From Sporopachydermia quercuum (lineage: Eukaryota), in NCBI GenBank assembly GCA_001599295.1, contig BCGN01000009.1:124001-188000 (forward strand): a stretch of 64,000 nucleotides of DNA, written 5' to 3'. The position numbers and the translations under genes were made by a program. Numbering within the stretch: the stretch's first letter is position 1; each line of letters begins with the position of its first letter. This document shows, piece after piece, positions 35,363 through 49,204 of this stretch. A model generated the notes under the pieces. The model worked only from the letters and a program-made list of their open reading frames with translations, ran no database searches and was not told the origin of the DNA.

Positions 35363-38300
35363 CGTGTTGACAGAAGATGTGAGCTCAGCTGTATTATTTG
35401 CTGAAGCTGGTTCCGTGAGGTTGACATTTGAGACTCGTCTTTTTAGAATCCTTGTGGCTAAATTTGATCTTGAAATCTTACAAGTTGCAAGTCTTTGTTG
35501 ATTCTATTGTCGATTGTTCCTCACTTATACTTTTCTCAATTATCAATTGANTACCTAAATATTTCGAGTGTGTATTATGTACAGTTTTTTGATGTTTGAT
35601 GTGTTGCGTGCTATATTGTGGTAGACGTTGGTTTTACTAACGATGGTAGAAGGCTTTTGATGCTATCGAAAGGAAAACTTCAACGTTAAAGGAAGTGAAG
35701 CGAATAACAAATCTGAAGTTTTGATATGTGACACCAAAATTTCCTTGGACATCTAAAAAGGAGAAAAATAACGGTTTCATTTTATGACAAGTAATACCAA
35801 AATAATTCGAGAGCAAAAGTGTCAACTAATATATAAATTGAATTTACTAAAATAAATAACCATAATGAAGCTAGCTATGTAAAAACCCATCTTTTTCCGG
35901 ATATTCCCATTTCATTTACTGTAACTCTGGCTCTGGCATGATCTAAGACACGATGTTCTCCCGATTTCAGCGTCCCTCTTTACAAAACTTATTGAATTTC
36001 CACTTACTAATTTGTAGACAATTTTTCCATTGTTGAAGCACCAATGACTAGTTAATAAAGTTATAGTTTGGGTCAAGTTTTTTAAGTTAAGAAAATCTTT
36101 AACGCTAAACTGGATTACATCGTAAAATTCATTAGATTGATTGAATTGTTGAATTGGCAAGGAATAAAGTTTCAGTTAAGCTTCTATTGAAAGGTGGGTA
36201 AGAAGTACGGAAAAAGTTTGGTTTGATTGAAGTGAAACCAGAATGATTTTGCATTAGTTAACTTTGACATAACTTAACAATTTTAGATCATTTTCTTTTC
36301 AAACGGTACCTTAGGAGTAAAGAATCTTGAATTATTTGTAACTTACTTTCAAGTAGCAAACAAAAGATATTAAAGTTAGTATTTGGCAGGGGTAGTTTGC
36401 GGAACTCCTTCAATATTTGAAATTATTTCAGTGTATTTTGAACTTTAAATTTCAAATTCTTGCTTTTAGTTCCATTCTGTTGTCCTAATATAGGACACCG
36501 GGAACATATACATAATGATATAATATTCAGCTGAGTATCCAGATAAAAGGAAGACCTTAAAAAAAGAAAAGAAAGAAGAGTACTTGACAGCAGAATAAGT
36601 GTGAGCTTTCCCAAATTTTCACTGAATTACTCAAACTTGATAGAGAATATTTGTATCTCGTACATATCTGCAGATCGCCGGTTCATGCATGTGAAGCTTC
36701 TTGCATATGCTATGTGCCATTTCTTTTTATGATTACATACTGTTGTCCGCATTGGTATATTGAAATGCGAACATCGACAACCTGATTAATTCCTTGGTCA
36801 ATTGTTGGAAAACGAAATAGAGAATCACTTCTAATATCTTCTTACTCGAAAGTAGCCCCATTTATCAGCATTCTATATAAGAATTCAATTGTTCATATCT
36901 TCTGTTCATGACAGTAAATAATCCAGCTCTACTGAGGTTGACGAGCCATACAAAAAGAATTACCAATAAGTATCTTCATGAAAACTCCGACCTCCTTTAA
37001 GTCTCGGGATAAGATTCATGAAATCAACCAATTAAAACTGTTTATTTGTATAAATATCACGGATATAATTTCAGCGTCAAATATACGCAACGGATCTTTA
37101 ATTTTCTAATGCAATACTATTACCTTGTACCTCTTCGATCTAAAGGTTGAATATCTGCTTATGTCTTACAACTAGTCTGAAGAATTGAATGGAGAAAGAG
37201 CAAGAGAATCTTAGTTCACAACTACAAGTAAATAAGCTATACCTAAGTGCCGAGATTTTCTATGTAACGGGAGTGTATGTCTAGAACAACAATTTTAAGC
37301 AATCCAAGTTCGTCTTTTATTTGAATTGAAAGTCAGTCTCATTATATTTGATAGTCATGCGACAACTATCTTGTCAGTATTAACATATTCTACTGATTTA
37401 AGTTTTGCAGAGAGTTGATCTCTATTTTGAACACTCAAGTCACTTTGGCATTGGTTAAACACACTTGTGACTTGCTCATTTAATGCTAATGAACTACAAT
37501 ACGTTCGGTTCCTAAAAAAAATAGAGCTCTAGACGAAAATTTGGTCATTGAACCTTATGGGCTCAAAACTTTTACGGTTTCTATAAGCTTCAGAATGGTT
37601 TTTATGTAACGAAGACTTATTTCTTAAACGCAGCTATAAGCTCTTCTGTAGACAAACAAAATGCCCACTTCTCATGATATTAATGATTCAGGGCATAAAT
37701 TGAACAAGGTCAGTCATTAAGAAAGTACATTCATCTCTTTTTAGATTTTGGTTTTACTAGTCTTGATGTTTTTTGTCATTCTTTTTATCTATGAATATTC
37801 TCATTCAATAGTGATATGAATCCATTCATATTCTTCTCTTTCTTCGTTTACGCCCAGGTTTAGATTTGAGTTCACTTTCCTTAATAGGTTAAACAATTTC
37901 CCAGTTCGAGTTACGACAAACTTAATCTGATGGTGGAGGCATTCTTTTNCTATTATACTTAGATTTTTCCTTCTGTCAATTTAGTTAATTTAGTTTGGGG
38001 AGAGAAGAACTTTATTTATTTCGGCACCAAGTTATTTCTTTTGCTACTGATTATGTCATACTTGCCCAAACAGTAAAAAGACCGTTTTCAAGCATTCCGA
38101 AAGTATTACATAAGCCCCTCTAACTTATCTCTTTTACAAAGACAACAAATTTTATGAAGCTATATTCATTTTTCAACATTTGGCACCCCTAAAATCATAG
38201 TGGTTATCTTCCTATTATTTTTGTATAGCACACAATTTTCATAAATTCAATTCTTAATCAAAGTTTAGATTTATGGAATGTTCCCTGCACAAAGTTAGAC

Positions 38301-39439
38301 TAGATTTAAGTTAAGCTTTGTTAATGGAAGAACTACCATATTGGGTACTATTACATAGCAAAAAATCCCAAACCAATGATCTTCAATTCATAAAAAAGTG
38401 GGTTCAACTAATTTCAATGGTCACAGCGAAAGTGTCATTTTTTGCATCCCGGGGTACCCCAGTATTTTGGGGTAAAGCACTTGTGCTAACCTCCCCACTT
38501 TGTAATGAAATTAAAACTTCATCTACTTCTGATAAATAAATTACTATTCTTAGCATTTTCTGGTAGTAAATGCCCAGCGTAAGGTCTATTGTCCAATGAA
38601 AATTGACTTATTGTTTTTTACCCACATAGTTACTAATTAAAATGACATTGATATTCTATTATGTAATTTAAACGCATGATCCGTACCTACTGATTTTCCT
38701 TTTATGGAAATTGAAGCAGAAGGCGCCAGTTGGATTCAACTGCTCCCATCTTAACTTCTCAATCATTTCTTTCAAGCTTGCATTGTCCCAGTCGGTTAAC
38801 GACCTAAATCCATTTATACCCTACTTTATTGCCAGGAGTCCACGTTTTGTGACATTCTAACCATTAGTTCTATCATACATTAACTATTGAAAAGGGATCC
38901 TATTCTGTACCACTGTTGCCCAACCAGCAATTAATAATTCATCTCGGTGATTCTTGATACTGTTTGCCCAACTATCGTCAAGGATCAATTAGAATGTTTG
39001 CTATATGGTCACTCAACTCAAACTTACCTTCGTTTCTTTCTTTTATATCAGTTAACGCCTATCAAACGGCGGGTACAGCAAACCCACAACTTAGTCTTTG
39101 AATGAACCGTTAAAAGTTAACGATCTCCAAACCTTGTATCATTCCTGCGCATAAAAAGCTTAGCCTACCCCCCTCAATGAGACACAAGATTTTTTCCAAC
39201 AGTAACTTTTCCGGATCTTACTCTACAAGAACCCGGTACAGTTCCCAAAACGGTTATTAGGTAATGAGAAAGAAAATTTTATCAATAAATTTTTCGTGAG
39301 TGAATAGTCCTTATTATATGCCTTATCATACACTCAAATATCTATTAATCTTATTGACACTAACAATTGGTATTTTGCGACTGATAATCCCCGGATTAAG
39401 TACATCAAAAAGTAGTATTCCAATAGACATACGGTCAAA

Positions 39440-40734
39440 ATGGACGGACGTAATGTTGTTCGCATTGAGCATGATAGGGTATCAAATGTAAGTAAACAGT
39501 TTATCTTATGCATAGAGAAAAAAATAGAATAACCTCTATGAGTGATCGTCAAAAGCCATATTCTGAAGATTTAGATTTGGTGTTGATATAAAAATGACAA
39601 TGGTATATTCTCTACGCTTAACTCTGTTCTCCACGCACATACTAACAATCACAGACCACATCAACAGATTTCCCTGGTTATTATGCAGGCGAAGATAACT
39701 CATGGGATCTAGAGAAGTTCAAAAACGTACGTAGATAGCTATTTTAAAGAGAATTATACAATCCTCGATCTAAGTTTTGAAGAAATGAAAATTAACGTGA
39801 TTTCAATTAGACATTCGATATCAAAATCTCCTATATGACGGACACAGTTGGGAATTTTGATTTAGTCGGAATAGACACATCTATTGCGAATGCTTTCAGA
39901 AGAATTATGATCGCTGAAATACCAAGTGTGGCAATTGAAAAAGTATTTGTATTTCAAAACACATCAGTCATTCAAGACGAAGTTTTAGCCCATAGACTTG
40001 GTATGATTCCACTGAAGATTGATCCCGACACTTTAACCTGGGTTGATCAGACTGTTGATGAAAAGAATAGATACACTGATGAAAACACTATTGTTTTAAC
40101 ATTGAATGTTCAATGTACGAAAAATCCAAAAGCTCCCGCTGGATTAACAGATCCTAATGAATTATATATNAACTCTTCAGTTTTTGCTAAAGATCTAAAA
40201 TTAGAACCCCAAGGTAAACAATCAGAGATTTTTGCCAAACATCTAGAAGATCCTGAAACATATCCCATTGTCACCAATCCTGACATCCTTTTAGTGAAAT
40301 TGAGACCAGGTCAAGAGATTTCTTTGACTTGTCATTGTTATCTTGGTGTTGGTTCTGATCATGCAAAGTTTTCCCCGGTGGCTACTGCATCTTATAGATT
40401 GTTACCGATTATCGAAATCAACCCTGAAAAGCCAATAACTGGCGATTTGGCATATAAATTCCAGAAATGTTTTCCTTCTGGTGTCATTGAATTGAAGAAA
40501 GCTGGTTCAACAGTTGAAGCGTATGTTGCTGATGCTAGAAAGGACACTGTTTCTAGAGAAGTTCTTCGTCATGATGAATTCAAAGATAGAGTGAAATTAG
40601 GTAGACAAAGAGATCATTTCATATTCAATGTCGAATCAACNGGTGCTATGCCACCGGAAGAAATTTTCTTTAAGAGCGTTAGAGTGTTGAAGACTAAATG
40701 CCAATATCTAAAGAATTGTCGCATTAGTCAATAA
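39440..40734 (+). CDS. RPC40: RNA polymerase I/III shared subunit AC40, 3 exons
   Basis: Exons 39440-39487 ([16 protein letters not shown]), 39655-39726 (TTSTDFPG...WDLEKFKN) and 39811-40734. Motifs [24 protein letters not shown] and [17 protein letters not shown]. Confidence 0.95.
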
Positions 40735-41066
40735 ATAATGATTTGGTGAATAATGATAGGAGACTCATAGAGAGTTTTTGATGATTACCAAACGAAATGT
40801 TATTTATTTATATAGAGAGGTACAAGAAGNTCAATACGCGTTCATATTGTTCGGCTTGATATTAATTTAATGCATGTATATTAGAATTATGTTCGACTGA
40901 TCGTAGGGTTAGAATAATAGTAGCTTAAATGCTGATTGCTTAATGAACGAGCAGAAAGAAGGAAAAGATAAATATTTGATGATAGGNAGTAGATTCATGT
41001 TGATATTTCGCTTTCCTATAAAACCTCTCCATTATTATTACTATGCCTTAGTTTCTTACTATCTTT

Positions 41067-42330
41067 CTATACTATCCTATTGTCGTTACTGTTGTTAGTA
41101 GTACCAGTATCTTGATGATTTGTAAAAGTTCCCGGGAGTCCAAATGAGGTTCCAGCGATCCATCCACCAGGAATCTGTGCTGTACCGTCTAAACCCAAGC
41201 CAGATGTTAATCTACTGTTCCGTTGTCGAAATGTATCCAGTCTTGTTCCTTGTTCCATAGTCCTCTGCTCTAATTCAAAGCCATCGGTGACCCAGACTTC
41301 TTCTAATGCTTCACTTATATATATATTCTTGATTAACAATTGTCCTGACAGACCGTCACCTTGGGGTTCCTTTGGCACTGTTGTAGCATTGCTACTACTG
41401 CCCTGTTCATTACAATTCGCTGACCCAGCTGCTACTTCAAGATCTACTTCCACTGGGCTCAGCAGAGAAAATATGAATATCTGTATTGCTAGAATGATTA
41501 AGTCGTAGAAACATAGTACGATACGATAATTCGTGGTACCTGGAAGTGCGTTAGTAACCATGGTATTCTCAAAGACTTATATTCTCAAACACTCCAAAGC
41601 CTAGACACATAAAANAACTTACGTTCACCTATTAGTTGAATGGTCAATCCTCCGTGAAGATATCCAAATGATGTGTTGATGGGGATAGGAGGAACAAATA
41701 GAATATGATTGAAGAGACAAATAAGATTAGTTGCACATATTACAATTAATGCTTGTCTTCTTGCTGGCGCTTCACGCTTTGATTGCGCAAATAAAAACTG
41801 GGGNGAATATTAATATACATTGCTGCTAATCGCCAATACCTGACTCCCACTCATAACAATTAATTNAAATACGGCAATAATACATACAAACTCTGACCCA
41901 ATCCTCAATAGCACTCTGAACAAGGATATGCTAAACAAATAGTTAGTAACTGTGGCTAAAGACAGTGATATGATAGTACAAACTTCATGTAAANTCAATC
42001 GATGATCCGTAGACTCTGTAAGTAATCTAACAGTACAATTACCAGATATTTACCTCCCAAATCACTTGAATATACTTACTCTTTGCAATATACTAATAAC
42101 ACATATGCTGTGAATACAAGATCAGCACTTAGCCGCACTTTATTCCCATACTCTAGTTTCTTCGTTTTTAGCATTTTATTTTCATGATTCAGCCATTTTT
42201 TTGTTCTACTGCTACTATCATTGCTTCTATTGCTGCTATTATTATTAGTACTATCATTGTCGTTACTTCCAGAACTTGCGTATGTCCTATTAGTACTGTC
42301 AACAGTCCTGGCATCATCACGTTCTGCCAT
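41067..42330 (-). CDS. DUF1746 / Dsc4-like membrane protein (Dsc ubiquitin-ligase complex family), 4 exons
   Basis: Exons 42330-42080, 41930-41888, 41797-41623, 41539-41067 splice in frame, giving YCKD-ISLFRVLLR...GYLHGGLTIQLIGER...YDLIILAIQ, the DUF1746 signature pattern. Confidence 0.8.
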
Positions 42331-43062
42331 TTTGATGCTCTAGGTAGGAACAGAACCTACAAAATATAGGATCTTGGGAAAAACGAGGAAAGATAATAAA
42401 TGCACAACAATTAGAACAAATCCTGTTATATTCAGCTGACACCAAAAAAATTATCAAGCATAAGTAAACAACGATTGAAAACCTCTCTAGANACTACTTT
42501 CTAGGAATCTCCACTAAGCTTTTTATTCACACAGATTCTTTGCTGGAAGAGAAATAGAATAGAGTTACAGAAACAGATACAAGGTAATAGTGGTAATGGG
42601 ACTGAGAATTAACGTTTAGAGTTTGAGCACTAAAAGTTTAGATCTTTGAAAGTTTAATTTATATGAGATGAGACGTCAAACTCTCTCAGGTGATCAANCG
42701 CCAGGTTGAAAAACTATTAAAGAGGTGGATGATAGAGGAACTGATGACCGAAGAACTGATTAAGNGAAATGAGATATGTCACGAGTGTGGAATTTCTGGA
42801 TTAGCTATATTTTGCTGGACTTACTGCTGGAATGGTATCTATCTATACCTATACCTGCACCTTTACGTTCACATAGTTGCCTACAGCCAGTAGGACTGCT
42901 TTCACTTAAGAAGTACATTTATAAAGTAAAAGAAATTTTATACTATGATACAGTATTGTGTTCTATATACACGTACACAGTTTCCCCATAATTGAAACGA
43001 ATGTTGATAATATTTATTGTAAGTTTGCTGTACCATAAGCTATTATATCTTTCTTTCCGCCT

Positions 43063-46000
43063 CTAACGTTGTGCAGACTTAACTGACTTCACCAAGTCTC
43101 CTCCCACAAGTGAAATCTCCTCAAGAATAGCATCCTTGTTCAGTTCAACCAATACACCTGACTGCTTATTCTGTTTGCCTTTGTCATTACTACTATTCTC
43201 ACTATTTGATTCCTCAATAGGTCTTGAAGAGTATCCAAGATTGACTCTAAACTTGCTCTTACTTAAAGTGGATGGAATCCATAACCCACAAACAACATCT
43301 TCAGTGTTGCCACCAGGTACAACTTGAGGAAACTTCTTTCTGAATAACAGCATACAACTGTTATATCTTTCCCTGATATCTTTATAAAACTCTCCAGTAT
43401 AATCTAAATGTCGTCCCAAAACATCATTAGGGTACTCGCTGGGTGCTAAGTTCAAATTCCTGTATTGACCATCATCAGGAGAATGTAAACCTTTGAGTTT
43501 AGCGGGCTGAGGTCTCATTAGAACTGTGAAATCAAAATCTCCTAGCGACGGGGTGAAAACTAATGATAGTTGTTCTTCGGAGAGCTTAGGATCATGCAAA
43601 ACATTTCTACTGCTACTAACAGGACACACTATACCTAAAGCTTTTCTCGCTAATGCTGTTAATCTGGTAGCAATAACAGGACTGATCTTATGATCGTTAT
43701 TAGTCCATAATGTCCCAGTAGGTTCATCTTTTGTGGCAATAAAATAAACACTTGAATGACAACCAGGATCTTCCTTACGTAACTTCTCAAACTTGTTCAT
43801 TATACCTTGATAAACCTGAAGAGTCAAATTTCTGCCAATGCTTCCTTCTTGCTGATTGGTAAACACTGATTCAATCAACTCGCGATCACCATCATTTTCA
43901 TAACTATGTTTATTCAAGTCTAAAATCAAAGGTTCCTCTTTCCAATTCCAAGTTGCAACAAACTCAATACATCTAAGAAACCCAGTGGTGGCAGAATTTG
44001 GTACGGACCATGGAGCAGGGTCAATAAATGGTTTCAAAGCTAATAATTCAATCAGCTCTTCGTCAAAGAATTCAAGCAACATATGGCTATCAAGCCAAAG
44101 CTTGAATAGTCGAACTGTCGGTGGATAGAATGGATAGGCATGCGATAAAGTTTGAATTGATCTTGTATGCTTGACACTGGCGATGTATTTCTTTTCATAA
44201 GCTGCAAGAGATACTTTGGCAATATGCTGTTTAGCTTCAGAGTTTGTTTGCTGCATTTGATCAACCAGTCGTTTATACAACGGCAAATCCCGTTCACTTA
44301 AAGCTCTGAATCTAAACCCATAGCCTTCAGGAGTAAGAATCTCAAGATAATTGATGCTATTTACATATGGGATACCGTTATAAGTTCCAATGCTGCACTT
44401 ATAATCAGTGATTTCAAGCTGTTCAGCTATTTTGATCAAAAATGCAGTTTTGGTTCTTTCAGTAGCCACCAAGTCATCAGGCCATTTGCTTGAGGATTCA
44501 AATTCTAGTACTCCTTCGCCAAAAAAATAGGGATCTTCAACCAGAAAAGGTGTTGGTTGATATAAAGATGTGTATCGTAAATCTGATGATGTCGCCAGTA
44601 TGGATTTCACTCTCAACGGGAGATCATCAAGCTCCTGGATTAACTTAACGAGTTCATCAAAAGCTGTACGTTTCTTTTGGTATAAAGAGACAGAAATGCT
44701 CGATTGACTAGCCGCACCAGCAACTTTTGGCTGCGGTAGCAAATCAGTAAATCCAGTAGAGTTGAATGATAGCTTACTGCTAATTCCTTCTTCAATATGT
44801 CTGTTGAATAGATATTCAACGATGGAAACAACAATAGGTTTAGCAGCATTTGGAGTCCATACGACTGATTCTTTGATGCTACCATCTTTGAATCTTCGTA
44901 ATTCTGACACTTTACCCCAGAACTGTTGGAATTTCTCTGCGGCTTCAGTATCTTCAGCTAGTGGGCCATGAGTCACTAATTTCTCGCAATCTTGAGCATC
45001 TAATGATAAACCCACTAATATAGTCACAGGTTTTGCTAATGTGGCAGTTTTCCTTTTGTTGATACTGAAGCTTTCCAGTAAAGGACAACGAATAGATATT
45101 TCAGTAACACGACTGTCTAATCCTTTTTCCAATAAACGATGAGTCTTATTCATGAAATAATTCACATAGTTAATGAAAAAAATCTTCTCAACAGCAGTGA
45201 ATTTACTATCAGAGTCTTGGTCAGGAATAGTGAATGTAAACGTGATATCATGCTGTAGTTGAGGAATAAATACTTTCTTCAAGAAAATCTTGTCAAATCT
45301 ATCCCTCACGACATCATTGAGTAAATATAATGTTTTGGAAGCTTCATTCTTCAACTGCTTATAGCTCCAAGGAGACATTTTCCATAGAATATTTAATCTT
45401 GTGAATTTGTCAAAGATCGTAGGAACAGCAAATGAAGTTGATTTGAATTTGGAATGATGGGATCCTGTTTCAGAGTTCATTTGTAAGTAACCATCGTTAC
45501 ATAAGTCTTGTGTAGCAAGGTATTTGATAGTACCTTTGAATAATTGATAGCTTGAATAACCAGATAGTAAGATTTTATTACCTGAAGATCCACCACCATG
45601 AAGCAAAGCTGCCATTAAGATAGTCCATTCAAAATGGCCAAATCCACCTAGTTGAGAAGATGAATTGAATCCTCTTTGCAAAAGCCATAATCTTCCTAAA
45701 ACGCAAGCGTCACGGAACGCTGGACAGATTTTCTTAATCATGTAAAGATATGTTAAATAATGAGTGTATGCTGAGTCTGAGATAATAGATGAGTTGTATA
45801 AAGGAGTAGGAGGAGAAATTTGTTCGTGATGGCCATTTAGGGTGACAGAAGAGCTGGATTTAGCTGGTAATTGAATTCTAATACAATTCTTGTCAGGCAG
45901 GAGTTTGTTTCCCTCAAAAAACCCAAACGGTAATGACGGTATAATTCTTAAGATAAATCTTGTTTTGTAGAAATTGAACTCAGACTTCTTGCTAACTTCG

Positions 46001-46848
46001 TTTGGTATAATCAGTAAAGAAGGTCTTAGAACATCGCCATTCACATAATCATATTTTAAAGATACATCAACACCTAAATTCTTTAAACCTTTGTTCAAAC
46101 CATCAGTTACAACTGCAAGATAATATGAACGCTTATGGAAAGCTCTGTAATTCAAGTAATCTTTCGGTTTGAATAATTCTTCTGGCATACTTAAAGCAAT
46201 ATCTATAGTCATTCCTTTCGGCTGTTTAATACCTGTTTTCAACCCAAATGAACCTACTAGTCGCACGTCTGTGGGTTTAGTATATCCAAAAGTATATTGA
46301 ACATCATTAGGTTTTGGATCGGCAAAAGGGATGGCAACTTTAGATTTGCTGAATTGTCTTTCCGCTTCTGCTAGCGAACACGTTTTTCTGTCTGGTATTT
46401 CTTGGATGATATCATATAACTTATGTAAGAACTTTTCAACTAGTTTGATATGTGATTCTTTTAGTTGTAGTTCTGAGATGAGTTCATCTATTTGCATCTT
46501 AAAAATATTTGATTTAAACAATTCTGCAGTTTCCCTTGCTACTTGGATATCTTCAGCGGTTATTTTGATTGGTTTATTCTTTGAACTGGAGCCATTGTGT
46601 AACGATCCGGATTGTTGCTGTTGCTCTTCTTCTTCCTCTTCTTCCTCTTCATCATCTTCTCCTTCTGAGGGCTCTGTTTCCTCTTGTTCTTCTTCTTTGG
46701 TTACCTCCTTCGTCACTTTGTCCTCCAATTCCAGTTTTCGTACTTTGTCAACATGTCTGTCTGTAGATAGACTCAATCTTCGTTTACCCTTAGAAGACTT
46801 AACTCCAGCGTTAGTTGAAGAAATACTTCTTCTCTTTTCAAACCCCAT
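43063..46848 (-). CDS. UTP22: Nrap-family U3 snoRNP / UTP-C protein
   Basis: EDIQVARETAELFKSNIFKMQIDEL, KDYLNYRAFHKR, GGFGHFEW and ELRRFKDGSI motifs. Confidence 0.96.
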   Translation of the reverse strand: MGFEKRRSISSTNAGVKSSKGKRRLSLSTDRHVDKVRKLELEDKVTKEVTKEEEQEETEPSEGEDDEEEEEEEEEQQQQSGSLHNGSSSKNKPIKITAEDIQVARETAELFKSNIFKMQIDELISELQLKESHIKLVEKFLHKLYDIIQEIPDRKTCSLAEAERQFSKSKVAIPFADPKPNDVQYTFGYTKPTDVRLVGSFGLKTGIKQPKGMTIDIALSMPEELFKPKDYLNYRAFHKRSYYLAVVTDGLNKGLKNLGVDVSLKYDYVNGDVLRPSLLIIPNEVSKKSEFNFYKTRFILRIIPSLPFGFFEGNKLLPDKNCIRIQLPAKSSSSVTLNGHHEQISPPTPLYNSSIISDSAYTHYLTYLYMIKKICPAFRDACVLGRLWLLQRGFNSSSQLGGFGHFEWTILMAALLHGGGSSGNKILLSGYSSYQLFKGTIKYLATQDLCNDGYLQMNSETGSHHSKFKSTSFAVPTIFDKFTRLNILWKMSPWSYKQLKNEASKTLYLLNDVVRDRFDKIFLKKVFIPQLQHDITFTFTIPDQDSDSKFTAVEKIFFINYVNYFMNKTHRLLEKGLDSRVTEISIRCPLLESFSINKRKTATLAKPVTILVGLSLDAQDCEKLVTHGPLAEDTEAAEKFQQFWGKVSELRRFKDGSIKESVVWTPNAAKPIVVSIVEYLFNRHIEEGISSKLSFNSTGFTDLLPQPKVAGAASQSSISVSLYQKKRTAFDELVKLIQELDDLPLRVKSILATSSDLRYTSLYQPTPFLVEDPYFFGEGVLEFESSSKWPDDLVATERTKTAFLIKIAEQLEITDYKCSIGTYNGIPYVNSINYLEILTPEGYGFRFRALSERDLPLYKRLVDQMQQTNSEAKQHIAKVSLAAYEKKYIASVKHTRSIQTLSHAYPFYPPTVRLFKLWLDSHMLLEFFDEELIELLALKPFIDPAPWSVPNSATTGFLRCIEFVATWNWKEEPLILDLNKHSYENDGDRELIESVFTNQQEGSIGRNLTLQVYQGIMNKFEKLRKEDPGCHSSVYFIATKDEPTGTLWTNNDHKISPVIATRLTALARKALGIVCPVSSSRNVLHDPKLSEEQLSLVFTPSLGDFDFTVLMRPQPAKLKGLHSPDDGQYRNLNLAPSEYPNDVLGRHLDYTGEFYKDIRERYNSCMLLFRKKFPQVVPGGNTEDVVCGLWIPSTLSKSKFRVNLGYSSRPIEESNSENSSNDKGKQNKQSGVLVELNKDAILEEISLVGGDLVKSVKSAQR

Positions 46849-49204
46849 GATGATATTTCGGAAGCTTATAGACTGCTATTAAACAAAAAATCCATGCAGG
46901 CCCAAAAGTTCAACAGAAAGTAATAAAAAAATTAATTTCCAAGCGATATCATACAAATCAACAGGTCAAATTAACGCCTATCAATATGTCTATAACGCTG
47001 TGGTGATAGTTATAATATCAACAACTGATAAAAACACTTGGTTACTTCTTGGTCTTAGACTAATAATTGCAACGCAAGGTACTTCTCAGGTTGCTAATTA
47101 TACTAAGAATGAAAATTGTGTCGTATAAACACTGGTATATGGCTCAATCTTTAAATATTTCCCATTCATACGGATAAAAATCTGCTTATTAGAAGGAGAA
47201 AAAAATCTCTTACATTATGCAAAAAATATTGCGTTGCGGATTAGAATCAAAGGGAGACTTGATGTCTGTTGCAATGAATGAGTAATAAGTGAAAGTAATG
47301 ATGGGGTCTCACCGTGAAATGGGATTTGGGGAAGAAATGGCTGAATATGGGTGAAAGTGGAACAGTTCATGTTTTGGATCATGTGATCTTGTACAGATGG
47401 TTGGATGATTTTAGGTTATAGAAGGTTTTTGCGTGGAAAGTTTGTCGCTGATGATAGCAGTTACGCTGTGGTAAAATATGTCACAGGGAACTTACCTATT
47501 TTCCTCTAGGAATATTTTGATTGAAGTTTACCAATGTGTGGGAGTGTGCTAGTGCATGAAGATCAGAATGGGGAACTAATGAAGGATATTCATACTAACA
47601 GTATGAGATATTTTAGTTTTATAACGGTACGAGCGATAGGGAAGCATTGATCCTTAGTAAAGTATGACAGTTCTTTTGTTATAGAAATTGAATTTGGAGG
47701 AAATATTAGTATATAATGCGAGCCTAAGGTAGAAAAAGATTGGTAGACGGTGCAAAGAAAACTGTACTATGACGTCTTCACACTTTTTGTATTGTATCCA
47801 TTGGGAATGAGAAGCTATCTTTAATATGGAGAAGCTTTTGTAAATTTTAAAGGAAAGAAGATAAATAGTATGATTTTAAACTAATAATTACGATATCCAA
47901 TCATTTTATGCTGATATCTACCATTCTTTCTATCTAACATTNGCTCTAAAGATAATAAAGCTTGAGAATTTGTTGGTTCTCTCGTAATTCCAACAACAAT
48001 GACTGTCTATTGCCGAATTCGGCAGATAAATTTTAACCGTTGAAATGCCGACGAAGAGTATGGATACCGAGATTAACGAGACGTAGTGGACGGACATTGT
48101 GATGATATCTTGTTATGCACTAGCAAATAAAGCGTTCACGCTTTTATGATGCTATCTATTTCTATCTTTTTAATTATGCTTTTTTGGCTACTTCCTACTC
48201 CACTGATCATTTTACAACTTGGTACTTCAGTCTTGTTCACCAAATATTCAAAGGTAAGAGCCTAGATAAAGTTCAAAAATCTCTAAGCCAGGCATCTCTA
48301 AAGTTAAAATCTTAATAGGAGAATTAAAAAGGCAACTATTCGTACTAGAGTAAACGATAACTATTAGTGTAATGAATAAAGTAGCACAGATGGGTTTTTG
48401 ATTCATAGAGTGTTCATAATTATATTATTCTTTTATGCAAAGTCTATATGTACCCGGCTAGTACATATGGCGTATCATTCATATGTAGTTCACCACCATA
48501 CATATTGGGCCATACCCACTTCTAATGAAACAACACATCTTCAGCAAGATCTTGAAATTTATACTAAGTCAATAATATGTACACACGTTCTACTTCTATA
48601 ATAAAACCAAGTCTAAATTACGAATTAATCCAAAACTGGATAATTTATGGATTTTCCTATTTTCACTCAAAAATGGCAGAATTCATACCGATCGAAACTA
48701 TGAGGAGTCTTGTAGCCGACGTTCCGCGAGCAAAGACCTTGCCACAGTGTCTCTCGCCACACTTTGGTGGTAACGTCAATTAACCACATGCATTCTCCAA
48801 ACACGCCTGTACGTTCATTCCGTAACTATAAGTGAAATTTCCGCCGACTAATCATTATAACTAGCACAATTTCTTCTATTTCCATTATTAACTCCACTAT
48901 CGGCATCAAGAGATGCAGACATAGGAAAACACATAGGACACTCTCCATTCCACATAGTAAATTCCTATCCCCGGAAAGAATACCAGTAATATCCGGGACA
49001 TTTCCCAATATCCTTTAACCCGCACAATTCTACAACGGGAATTCTTTTCAATTCATAGTTGATATTCCATGAAGAAATAGAATAAGAGAAAGANAAGAAC
49101 AAAAGGAATACTAATAAATNATCGTTCGTTAAACTAGAGAAATCATTGGTGTTTGTGTAAGGTACGGTGGTAATTCACTATTGTTAGTTAGTCAAACGGG
49201 AAAA

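Noticed and set aside
35504..39439. Centromere or hidden gene in the ~4-kb gene-free region
   Set aside because: No CDEI/II/III pattern, repeats or convincing exons; explained as a divergent promoter region, though a regional centromere cannot be excluded from sequence alone.
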